Source: Phoronis australis (Eukaryota; Animalia; Phoronida). From it: a stretch of DNA of 64,000 nucleotides. Shown piece after piece: positions 36,987-49,312 of this stretch. Position numbers and translations under genes: made by a program. The number at the start of each line of letters is the position of its first letter. The stretch's first letter is position 1. A model generated the notes under the pieces. The model was not told where the DNA came from. It ran no database searches and saw only the letters and a program-made list of their open reading frames with translations. The stretch lies in assembly GCA_002633005.1 (NCBI GenBank), contig NMRA01000023.1, forward strand, positions 1,692,601 through 1,756,600. Direction: 5' to 3'.

Positions 36987-39900
36987 CTACAACGAATATA
37001 ATAATCACAATTATTGTCGTGACGGGAATAAATTCGGGGGGGTGCTCTCGTGTGAAAGAGGTATACGGGAAGTGCCGCACAGAAGGGTGACTTTTTCACG
37101 AACAATTTTCCTACGAAAGCTTACACTGCTGACAATTTGGTAATTCGCAACTATAAAAGACTAGTTTTCCAACAATGATGCTATCATTTTTCCCAACATA
37201 GCGTCTTTTTTGTAATGTTCCAGTCTTAATGGGTTGACATTAAGAATCCCTACGAAAAGAACTTAACTTGTCTGGTGTATTTTGAACAACTCCCTACGAA
37301 CGAGTACCCGTTTTTCGAGTCCACTCTCTGAATGGGTAGAATCCCCATTTTCCAGTTGCAGCCCCCGTCAAAAATATAATCACGTACTCCCCCGGAAAAA
37401 ACTAGTTGCTACAGTCTGCGTACTCTAATCGACCAATGGAAGTTAGATATACCAATTAAAGAACCAGCCTCTGGTTCTTAAATTTAGATCTGGGCCGGCA
37501 AGGCAAATAAGCAGTAAAGACAGTCATAAAATGTTTAAATTCTAACTTCTCAACGGTAAAATTTAAAATTACAAATGTGTCTATGAAGTGTAGATATTTT
37601 GTTCAATGTCCAATTATGGTAATCGCTTGTCGGAGACCCCCCGATTACGGCCCGGATTACTGTCGCGTCGTGGTTGCCAGTGACACGCAACTGAGGTGCG
37701 TGAATCCCTCAACTCGTTTCAAAGGTTCCATATCAAAATGTAAGACTGCAGAAAATAAAACAGATTTACGAACCGAACAAATAAATTTGATTTGCCAAGC
37801 CTTGGGGCCATACACGGGGATCAGGTTAACACTGGGGTTTGTCCGGTGGCGAAATATGACGTTGTTTGGTAATTGTATTTTGTTTTGAACCTAGCGGTTT
37901 GAACTTCCTTCAACGCATGCTGAGAGAAGCAATAACAAAAACGTTCAGCAAATCAAAAGTTAGGCTCTCAAGTTGAAATTTGTAACATGTCCATTCAAAA
38001 TGGCGCTTTACACATGTGTTTCATCATCCTTTCTTCCCAGAAACGAGTCATGAAAATAATGCGCTTTTTGATGTCACACCATCTCTAAAGTCGTGATATT
38101 ACGTAACAACCACAGACGTATGAATTCTGCTTCAGTGTTTTGTTATGTGAGAGATACTTAAGTTTATGCCTTTTAAACAGCTATCACTGAACTTAAAAGG
38201 ATTCTATTTCCGTTACCGATAAGAACATTGAAACCATAACTTAGGAAAACGCTTCAGAGTTAATTGGGGTTGGACAACCCTAAACTTGGGGATTCTAAAA
38301 TAGTACGTGTATGCATCACCCGTGACTTGAGTTGCCGGATCGTCTTTGACAATAATTCAAAAGCAGAAGTGACTGTCAGGCCGCTGGGGCGAAAAAACTT
38401 TTAGACAGTCGCAAAAGTTATCGAGCCCATAGACTACCCGTAGTCTCCATTTTGAATGTGTCATCTTGGTAGCTAGAAACGAGGCTGGCGTATTCGTGGA
38501 TCAATATTTGAACGTTTGGACGGAGTATCGGCGTCTCGGCGACCAACGCACAGGTGGACCCGAGATGGGCGCCTCGACCAACGCACAAGTGGACTCTAGA
38601 TACGCGCCTCGACCAACAAGTGGACCCCCGAGGGTTTTTGCAGAAATCTCCTTATCAATATTGCAGCGAGATGTCGCTTCTCTTTATTGAAGAGTACACC
38701 CAACTATAATAGGATAAGTAATCTCTTTTGATTCAAACTATCTCGGCGAGAAAAGTGATTTTGCAGAATTGAGCAGCACTTTCTCCGCAGTAGCAACCAA
38801 ACGCTCTGCCGCTGAACCAACTTCCACGCATTAAGTTATGTTAAACCTATTTAAAAGATAACGACTCTGATCTTGCTTTCAGCGAATATCTGGCAGATAA
38901 CGGCGAGAATTGGGAATATGTAACAAAATCGAAAATGCAACGGATTTTGTTGTTTTAAAGCTCTGGTCAACGCTAACAACTTCAAGAAATCCATTCAACA
39001 AAATCCGTTTTCGTCCGTAAACCCGATAATTTCCATTTAAGTGTCTCGTGATATATCTCATTGTGATGAGTTAAATAAAGTAACCCAAGTCTCAGCTAAG
39101 AATGCTAGAGTTCGCTGCGCCGAATCCGTTACCACCCAAAAGTTCACTGGCCGGTGAAATCAAGCGGATCAGGTTGCCTTTAATTTACTGTATGTTATTA
39201 GCCTTGTAAGATTTCCCATTCAATTACTGCAACTTTTTGGAATTCAATTTTATAGCTCTTTTGTCCTTGAGACAAACAGAGAGCCACGCCAGTTACCCGT
39301 CTTAGAAATGTTTTAGGTACAAAGGTCATAGACACACGGTGGACGTGTGTGAGAAAATCTCGTTTTATTTTTTACAATAATAAACATCTTTTGATGTGTA
39401 GTAATACGAGATATTTATGTGTTTATAACTTTTTCCCTGAAAACATAATGGGTAAGCTTCTAAGCCCATCATAGACGATTAACAACTTATCTCGCACACC
39501 TACACCCACTTCGCACAGATCGTGCTATCGTTGAATTTTTCGCGAAACCTATTCTGTTTACCTGACATTTTCAAGGGAAGCTTTTCCGAACTCATAGTTT
39601 AAACACTGTAAACCGCTTCTGACATCCTATTTCAAAAGTGTCTAAGGTGGTTAATTACAAGTCAAGCAGCGCACGTGCTGCGACAAACATCAGCTTGTTA
39701 GTTGCTTTAGTTCGAAAGACGATATGTTACATGTCTGGTTCGCCGTTGAAATAATTAAAACGGATGGTTAGTTTTGATGTATAGATCTCTATTCCCCAGT
39801 CGCAACTTAGTCTTCGGAATGTGGAAAATTACGCGACAGAACCAAGCAACCAAACGGAACTCTTGTTCGGCGGTAACCCTGAGGGCAAAGCGAAATCAAG

Positions 39901-40390
39901 TTTCATCTAGAAGACATCTCTCTTGCTTGTTTACAAGTGCTCAGTTCAGTGATATGTAAAATACCTCGTAAAACATGAACCGTTTTGAAAACTGCTCAAC
40001 AGATCATTAAAGCAATCAACTGCATCCAGCATTTACTGATTTAGCTTTTGTGAAGTGTAATACTTTATAGAGCCAACCCGCCGTAAAACTAACCTATAAC
40101 TTTCAAACTTCATGCTTACAATACATATACTTGGTGCAAAATGTATAACATTTTCCATTTCGGCGTACACCGGTTTTGCCTCGTTTTCATACATACTAAC
40201 CCAGGAATCGCGAGGTTTTAACCTTGTTATGAACATCGACAGAATTGAACACAACACGACAACAATTGTTACCATTTAAAACAGTTGTTTTAAAAAGTCG
40301 TTTAGGTAACGAAGTTTTATAGGTGAACAATTTACGCAAACAGCCAGGACTACCAGCCGTAAATGTGATATTTTGGACTGAGAGGTAAAA

Positions 40391-40534
40391 CATAAGCGGA
40401 CTCAGAGGGGTCGAGAGGTCCTAAACGTCCTCCCTTCCGCGGCTACTTGTGTATTGTAGAACTGAAGGAATGAGAAGTGTCCCCTATTTGTCCATTGTCA
40501 GACCCGCGTGGGCAGAATTCTAGATCCGCTCCTG
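40391..40534. mobile_element. Small MITE of the CA(G/T)xGGCGGA family with ~5-bp TSD
   Basis: cataagcggactc ... gatccgctcctg; flanks taaaa and taaat. Confidence 0.55.
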
Positions 40535-40585
40535 TAAATGTTTTTGTCGTGCAAATATTACTGTCGAGACTGATGCGTGACTTAC

Positions 40586-40666
40586 CGAAATCTGCTCTAC
40601 AGTAGTTGTCAATGATTCCCTCATACGTGTCGGGTTCAGCGCACGCCCTACACTCGTTCTGGACGC
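40586..40666 (-). CDS. SFRP1/2/5: sFRP1/2/5 exon 2
   Basis: 81 nt, phase 1-1; RVQNECRACAEPDTYEGIIDNYCRADF (CxxC...C.xDF start of the NTR domain); ttgcag acceptor, gtaagt donor. Confidence 0.93.
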
Positions 40667-43600
40667 CTGCAATGAAAAATATTGTTTTTCTAATACCAAT
40701 GGAGTTTTTGATTTGCTGTCCAATACCACTACCAAACAGAAAACGAAGTCGGTCACAGTGGTTTTCAGTAAGTACAACTACACTGGGATATTTCATATGT
40801 TGGTATAAGCGGTCAATATTTGGAATTATGAACACCGATACGACAGCCGCTGGTAGGTGTTTTGAACTGCATAATCTTTCGAAGTCATATAATACTTACT
40901 ATTATAAGCAAAATGTTATATCACGGTATTTCTAGTATTTAGTGTCGGCTAAAAAGCTGCCAAGAGCTGCAATGAGAGGGGAGCACTGGACAGGTGCCCC
41001 AAACTAATATTCACCCACAATTCGTGACCGGGACGAGGGCCGAAAAGAGTAAGCTACCCGGGAAACGAGGAATTTGGAAATTGGTGGGGACCAAGGGGCG
41101 GTGGGCGATTGGATGGTTTTTGACTAAGTTAACGTGTCTGTACTTCAGCAGTTTTTACCTTTCTACGTGCCCATTATCGTCTCGCTAATTAACTACTATG
41201 GCCACTTAACACTGGAATTCCAATGTCTGATATTAACCTCTGGTAGGTTAGGCCAGAGAAATGTGTGATGGGGAATACTGCTGGACGCAACAACGCAGAA
41301 GCCAATTCACAAACATGTACTTGGAAAAAACGATTTGTGAACAGCGCACGCATAAAATACACAGGCCATACTAAACCATGGCCATTAGTTTGGCGGTGTT
41401 GATTTGGAAAATCTGTTGTGCGATTTAATGCGTACAGCAAGTAAAACTGCTATTAGGAGTAGATTTCAGAACGTCTTTATGCAGTGCTTGGTTCGCTATT
41501 ATTCTGCTACATATGGAAGTACGTGATCAGGATGACAACGATCTACAACGCCCTCTGAAACAGCCTCTAAAATAATGGAATTATAGTTTAAGCGATTTTT
41601 GTTGCTATAAAGTTAGTTTTGTCTTGCCCCTTACTCGGTTTAGAAGTGATTTCTGTCTCCGTGACCTGAAATCTTCTGAAATTAATGTGAAGGAATAACG
41701 AGTTGTCAATACGTTGTGACGTAACAGTCTTGTGTTAAGGTTCGCTTTAGCATTTTGCAAGTAACAGAAAAAAAATCTTTTTAATTATTAATCGACTCTT
41801 TCAAGTGTTCATTCCATGACAACCAGAAATTGGTTGTCAAGAGTTTGTGCCTCCCCGATTAAGCACGAAAAATATATAAACGAAAACAATTTATGTGAAG
41901 AAATCACTTCTCAAGTGAGTAAGGAACAAGTTAAGACTCATTCTAAAGCGGTAAAATTCAATTTCTTCCACAAAACGTGGGTACATTGCCACTATAAACT
42001 CTATCGAAGAAAATTATTCGAGAAATTTCCCGCAATGCGATCTCATTATAGCCCTACTTGTGAAATGCCAAACGAGGAAAGTACGTTCATTACTTAGGAA
42101 AACTATTCGGCCACTCATTTTCCTTTTTAACAAGTCAACATCTGATCATCTTCGAGTACTACATAAGTATATACCAAGTATTTCGGATTCCGAGTGTATA
42201 TAATTGACCTGAATTGGTGTCAACAATTAACGATAACACAGGTGTCGCAAAGGTGACATTTCGGTAAAAATGTGTGTCGCGTCAGTTTATGCTGCCAAAC
42301 ACGGCCATGCCTGTTTTTCACACATCAGAAAATGTTCTCATTTCTATTAAGATGTGAATGTCACACGACGAATTATCGTTAATACATCCAATAAATCAGC
42401 ATTATTTGTAATAACGAGAAGCCGTTCCCGGCCAGCGAATCGATCAACTGTTGGCTCAGCCAAATGTCTGGCGGTGGTACTTCTTGGTCTAAACGGCGAC
42501 GAATACATAAAAGAAAACGACGAGGATATTTATCTAAATTAAGTGCAATCCCTACACTTTCAATTTCACCAATATAGTAACACTAATACCTGAACCACTC
42601 AGCGATATTCGTCTACCGACGCCAAGCACTCGAATGTTTTCTTAAGAAAGTTCGTGTCAAAATAACAATCTACACCTTCAGACTACGACATGCTTGATAC
42701 AGCGGTGGTTAGCATGCTTTTTATGCAAATACAATTAGTTGCACTTTGGTGTGAGCAAGAAACCAGTATAGCCACCACCAACTGAGGTAGTGCATAACAA
42801 AAATGAAGTTCCATCCCGCCAAATGTCGCGGGGGTAACCCTAGTCGACATATCCGGCATTAGAATAATTATCGAATTAGCCCCAAACTCGCCGGGAAGAT
42901 GTCGAAATGTTTCCCCTGGTTAGATGTCACGCGTCCACACTGAACACCATTAGCATTCCTTGCACAGCACGGGTTACAAGACCGAAATGCAGTCCCTCGA
43001 TGAATTTGTCTGTCGGAATTTGGGAGACGTTTTATCTCCCAGACACACAATACACCAGCCAGAATCGTATTTTGTTCAGCCAGACAATGGCATTATTAAT
43101 CAGATAGAATAGACTGCTAAATTTAGAAAAAATGCAATTGTGACGCGTCAGGTTTCGAGTCTGCTTCAGAAAAGTATCAAAACACTGTGAGTTATGGAAA
43201 ATGCCTGAAAGGGCTTCTGGGCAACAAACATTCAAAGCTTGTTAATATTGTGACTGGTCTTTTCATCGCTCGTGCCAAATTAAAGCATCCGTAGACATTA
43301 ATGTACTTTCAAGGCCTAACACAAAAGACAATTGGGTCTCGTTCGGCCACAGGCAAATTACTCGTCAGGTGTCGCGTACTCATTATGTTTACTCCATAAC
43401 GACCGCCGTTATAACAACCAGGGTCCGCTAAAACCTGCCAGCAATTACGTCACGGCGCAAATAACATCGACCTGCAGCGATTAGAAAACATTTCTGTTTT
43501 TAAGTGGATGTCAGGTCAACTTAAACTTCTCTGCGTAAAAAGAGTCTGGTAAACCAATGAGAAACAATGCTGAACAGGTTTCAAATACATCAATTTGGTA

Positions 43601-45460
43601 GGAGTCATAAAAACGAAACAGTTGGGTCAACTTTGCCTGCGTTACCGTTCGAAAGCCCCAATTCTGTTTTCCCAGTAGAGGAGATTTGTGGTTGTACAAT
43701 AAATGCACATATCTGAATTTCACTTCACTTTTGATATCAGACCACCACAGGAGCGACGCACTGGTTTTTTAAATGCACCTCTCTAAAAGAATGCAAACAT
43801 TTCCATCCACGTGCAACTTATCTAATCAATTCTTTGTAAAGGAATGCATTCACATTCTGCATGTGTTCGCTAGTCAAAAAAACTGTCCTACGTCACTTTT
43901 AAGATTGCACATCTCAACAATTTTGTTCGGTGGTTGAAAAGGAAATACTTTTCCAAGGCATGGTACAACTATTAACGAATTTAAAATCATTACTTATTAC
44001 TATATATATAATGTCATTGGGTCTTAACACACGGGAATAGCTTTTTAATTATACAATACTACTATTTTGTAGCAAATATTAGATTATCATTTCGCAATAC
44101 AATAAAACTTTTGGTAATAATATGAAAGCTAATCAGTTGTTCAGAATTGATGAATGGATCGTAATGTTAGCAAAAATTGATTGTCTTGGAACGACGCTCT
44201 TGAAGAGGATAATATGGGGTGTATAGAAACGGCCTCTATGTGTACTGAGCAACAATTTGACTTTTATTGTCTTCAACTTTTTGAATGACTCACCAGCTGT
44301 ATAGACGTTAGACAAACTTTTCACTAAAGTTTAAGTTTAAGTTAAAATCTTAGTATATGTACCTGGTCATAAATAAATAAACGTCACATGCGTGAGAAAT
44401 AATTCGCTTGGTCTTGTCAGTGCGCCAGACAGCGAGACGCGCTAATTGAATCCCATTTTTTGCTCATTAACCTTTTCAGAGAATAAATTCTAAATTATGG
44501 ATTACACTTGCGAGTTGAACGATAACATTTTCTTATCACTTCTACGTTCTATACGACGGAACATTGTACACGGCACTTTGATGAAAATGGGACAACGTTA
44601 GCACAGAACATATGACACATAACTAACGTTCCCTGTCTGACAGGTTGGACTCTTTAGGCAAGATTAGATTGTGAATCACTGTGTTAATACGGACAATACA
44701 GTGTCTGGTTCCCATTTTAATGTAATTTTCTAGATGAGAACAACTCATTAAGCCTGCTTGTGTCAACATCACATTATTAACATCATACGCCAGTTCACAT
44801 ACATTGGGGATTCAGCGAGTACAATCTGTTCAGTCCCGATGTTCAGCTCTGCATCTCAGGTATACACGATGTGCTAACTAACCTTGGCCAACTGCCTGAT
44901 CACAGCCGGCGGTAACATCAAGGGGACTGTCATAATGAACTCGGCGATTATTAATTTTTATTCTGTCAAAGTCCAAAGCGAAGCAAAAACTCCTTTCATG
45001 CTCAACAAACACAAACAAATCAATCACCAAGAATTGTCAGACGCCACTGATAAGGACGCTACTCATAAAGTGAGCCGCTGTGGTATGTACAATACATTGG
45101 ACATGATTTAAACCGATTACTTGCATACGGGTTGGTTTTCGGATTTTCTCAAACTCTTGACTTTTTATTAGTCTAACTCTGAATATATAGACGTAAATTT
45201 TGTTCAGGTGAATGGAAAAACACACCTTTGTAAATTAATGTCTGTGTTAATGGCTGACTGACCGATTTAACAAAGCCCTGTTGTGGCTGATAACTGAAAT
45301 CCCATGCGAACATAAGTGAACTGGAAATTGCATCAAAAGCTCCATACTTAAATAACGTCCAATCCTTTTTCTACCGACAGCGCGTTAAATTATTTTTCAC
45401 ATACAAAACATATATTAATGAAAGTTTAAGATCACACAATAAACATGAAGTAATACGTAC

Positions 45461-45971
45461 GTGTCTCGTTCATATTCGGGGGTCGAATGCACAGATCATT
45501 TTCTTCAGGAAACTTATCACACTTCAACATTTCTGGCCAGGGGAAGCGATATTTACTCATCGTCGACGCACAACCGGCTTTGACGGCTTCGCACAAAGAT
45601 CGACAGGGCCATATCAGACGCTCACTGTCCGATTCAAGGCAAATAGGCGAAAACAGGGAACACAGGAACAGTTGTGTATTAGGGTGACATTGCACCCCCA
45701 GCAGGGGCACCCACGAACCCGCCTGCGTAGTCACTTCCGTCAGGGTGTCGTGTTCAAGTAGGTTCGGCAATCTCATCCTGTGGTATCCAATATTTTGACA
45801 CAAAGTCAAGTTGGAAGGAATATCTACACATTTTGGATGATAGACTCTACCACTAAGTAACGCCAAGTCCGTTCCCCAGTCGTTGATCCTACTGTAGGAA
45901 ATACTGGCACACACTCCAGTCAGCAGAAATATCGTTGACGAACACATTACTAGTTTCCTCATGACGTCCAT
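45461..45971 (-). CDS. SFRP1/2/5: sFRP1/2/5 exon 1 (signal peptide plus Frizzled CRD)
   Basis: Hydrophobic N-terminus; 10-Cys CRD (CVDIP..LC.NIGY..MRLPNLL.H...WVPLL...CH..TQLFLCSLF.P.C...PCRSLC..V...C...M....FPWPEML.CDKFP..NDLCI), typical of the sFRP1/2/5 clade; donor gtacgt. No TM helices follow, so it is not a Frizzled receptor. Confidence 0.95.
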
Positions 45972-46093
45972 TCTAGCTACTTATTTTGCCCTGCCTTGCT
46001 CGAACTAAAATTTGGTGGCCCGCGAACTGCTGCCGAACAGGTGTACACGGTCGACGTTGGTTGACTATTTAAACGGAGTAGCGGGTGAAAGCG

Positions 46094-46126
46094 TTTATAA
46101 GCCAAGACGGAGTTGTCAATCAAAGG
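46094..46126 (-). promoter_or_regulatory. sFRP core promoter: TATA box with an adjacent TCF/LEF-like site
   Basis: Minus-strand TATAAA at 46094-46099, about 125 nt upstream of the ATG; CCTTTGAT at 46119-46126. Confidence 0.55.
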
Positions 46127-46521
46127 TGGTTAAGTGTTTCTCTCCATCCGATGATTACACTAGCCTGTCATCCCGGCTCGCGTTACGAACGCTACTACTT
46201 GCGGGGAGCATAGCTTCATGACACGTGATCGATCTGTCGCTGCCCTCGCGACTTCGCAGTTTCATATGTTAATGATAGTATTGACATAATTAATGTGGCG
46301 TTAATTGGTCACCCTTAGACGACACTGTCCGGTCGTCACGTCAACTACTGAGTACGCTAATACATCCTCGCCGTCTGAAATGTATTGAAAAGTGTCATAT
46401 CCATTTCCACATCCCAAAAGCTGTTTGTAACCCCAATTCGTTCATTCAGTCTAACCGAAACTGTTCTTTGCTTTACAGATGAGTACCATTCGGCTTATTC
46501 AAAATGAATGTTATTTGATCG

Positions 46522-46676
46522 CAGGGGCGGATCCAGGATTTTGAGTTGGGGGGGCCAGGGCAGATTATTAGCCAGGATTTTGCCCGACAGACATTCGCAC
46601 CCCCGTACTGCCAAATGGAATCTGGGAGAATTTTAAGGGGGCCATGGCTCATTGGCTCCCTCTAAATCCGCCACTG
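46522..46676. mobile_element. MITE of the CAGxGGCGGATC family with ~5-bp TSD
   Basis: caggggcggatcc ... aatccgccactg; flanks gatcg and ggtcg. Confidence 0.7.
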
Positions 46677-47923
46677 GGTCGTATAGTGGCAAAAATATGC
46701 CCGTTAGGTCTCTTTCGTAATGGGCATCCATTATTTCCCTACGACTTCCCAGGCGACTTTTTTAAAACTATAAATTTCATTTCCAATAAATATTTGAAAA
46801 AGTTTTAACTCCAGCTTAAGGTCCATAAAGTTATTTGGTAGTCATAAAACTCGGCGTTATCAATTGTCGAAGATCAATTTACTTATTCAAAGCTGTTTTT
46901 AATTGGGACCCTAACCTATACAAATTTACTCCCGGGGAATTCACTTCCGAATTGTTGTCTGGGAGCCCAGGAAACAACCCAGGATTTACAGACACGAAGG
47001 TTCCCAGGCAAGAACAGTTTGTCCTGGCAGGACGACGCTTAACCTCTGCACAAGGTTTCTTAGGCTTAAATGTTGTGCAACGTGTTAAAAGGCATACGGG
47101 GAAATTGGTTTTGACTATAGACTTAAATGAGTCAGAATGGCTACCGACTTTCAAGATAAATATTTGATAAAGAAATGAATCACTCATTCACAAAGGCAAG
47201 AGACAAATCATACCGGTCAACGCAGTAGTCAAGGAAATTTGGAAAAACAGCCGCTTGATTTTAATCAAAAACCTTTGTCATTTCATTTGTTCAATTTCAT
47301 TACGCGAGTTTCAACAAAAATCTTTTTACTCAAATCTTCTCAATCGATGTGTTTGACACCGTTTTTTAACAAATTATAGAGACTCACCTTTTTATATTTC
47401 TTGTGGTGCGCACCGTAAATGGCCGTCCAAGATGAATTCAGTGGTAGGTAAGCGACGTAAAAACAAAAGTAATGTCTTGATGTGCTATGTTTTTTTTATT
47501 AGGAATACATTCATTGTTCTTAAATGATGAAAACGAAGGAAAAAGGGCATTTTTAGAATCGATGGCCAGTGGCTAGACTGTTTGTAAATAATGCTAAAAA
47601 ATTTATGATCGACGTCACGTCGAAGCAAATGTCCAGCAAGTTTCTTACGAGAAAAGCAAAATAACGCAAATTTTCGAGAGATGTGCGTTTCCTTGGAAGT
47701 ACACTGTGATCACACTAGCCTTTGCTCACTGGTGTCTTGGATTGAGGATAGGGGTCTCTGATATCAAAGTGACGAGTTGTGATAATATTCATCAGATAAA
47801 TTTTCACAACGTGCGTATTAGTAGATCGCTAGAAACTCATCATCTACGTGTTGATTCGTAACAAAATAAAAAACGATCGAGCGGTAATGGAATTAAAAGT
47901 TGTACTTTCCATTTACTGTGCGA

Positions 47924-48605
47924 GCCAACACTAGCGTGTAGGCTACTATACACCAAGTGTATGCCAACATGTACTAGCGTGTACTATACACCAAGTGTAT
48001 GCCAACACTAGCGTGTACTATACACCAAGTGTATGCTAACACTAGCGTGTACTATACACATGCAAGTGTAAGCCAACACTATTGTGTACTATACACCAAG
48101 TGTAAGCCAACACTAGCGTGTAGGCTACTATACACCGAGTGTATGCCTGAACATGTACTAGCGTGTACTATACACCAAGTGTAAGCCAACACTAGCGTGT
48201 AGGCTACTATACACCGAGTGTATGCCTGAACATGTACTAGCGTGTACTATACACCAAGTGTAAGCCAACACTATTGTGTACTATACACCAAGTGTAAGCC
48301 AACACTAGAGTGTACTATACACCAAGTGTAAGCCAACACAAGCGTGTACTATGCACCAAGTGTAAGCCAACACTAGAGTGTACTATACAACAAGTGTAAG
48401 CCAACACTAGAGTGTACTATACACCAAGTGTAAGCCAACAGTAGAGTGTATTATACACCAAGTGTAAGCCAACACTAGAGTGTACTATACACGTACGTAC
48501 AAAGTGTAAGGCAAAACTGGAGTGCACTATACACGAAGTGTAAGGCAACACTAGAGTGTACTGTGCACCAAGTGTAAGGCAACACTAGTGTGTACTATAC
48601 ACCAA
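47924..48605. repeat. ~34-bp minisatellite, about 19-20 copies
   Basis: Unit gccaacactagcgtgtactatacaccaagtgtaa with variants. Confidence 0.95.
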
Positions 48606-49044
48606 GAGTTAACTTATGGAACTTAAATGTTAGTTTTCGATAGAGGTGAAGTTCACGTGAAATACGCACAAGATTGCTTGTCCTCGAGAGGTACACATTG
48701 GGGTCAAGGACCTTAGCGAAGTCAGTCAATATTTTCCTAGTTCAGACGCGGTTATGCACAGTCACGAAGGAAGACGTGTGAGACCGGTAACCCACAATAT
48801 TGCAGAAAAAATAACTGTCAACCTAACAAACCTAGACATAGTGTCTTTGCTGTCTTCATTCTATATGTGCATATGGGCATAGTCAGTTTTGGAAGTAAAT
48901 TTCTTGAAAAAGGCATTGTTTTTACAAGTACAACTTATTTTCGTTTAGAAATGGTCGCTGGCAAATTAGCTCAGTAGAAAACCTGCTAGCCTATTTCGCC
49001 TTCAATAGAAAATATATATTGAACTGACATCAGTGTATTACTGA

Positions 49045-49105
49045 ATATATATGTATGTATGTATGTATGTATTTATGAATTTATGTATGTATGTATGTAT
49101 TTATG

Positions 49106-49137
<32 letters not shown>

Positions 49138-49312
49138 CATGTATGTATGAATGTATGCATGTATGTATGAATGTATGCATGTATGTATGTATGTATGTAT
49201 GTATATATGAATGTATGTATGTATGTATGTATGTATGTATGTATGTATTTATATATGAATGTATGCATGTATGTATGTATGTATGCATGTATGTATTTAT
49301 GAATGTATGCAT
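49045..49312. repeat. (TATG)n microsatellite
   Basis: Degenerate TATG run; explains the MYVC and HTYI ORFs. Confidence 0.95.

Noticed and set aside
47924-48605. Regular ~34-bp repeats resembling a CRISPR array
   Set aside because: Units are head-to-tail with no unique spacers, there are no cas genes, and the context is eukaryotic. It is a minisatellite.
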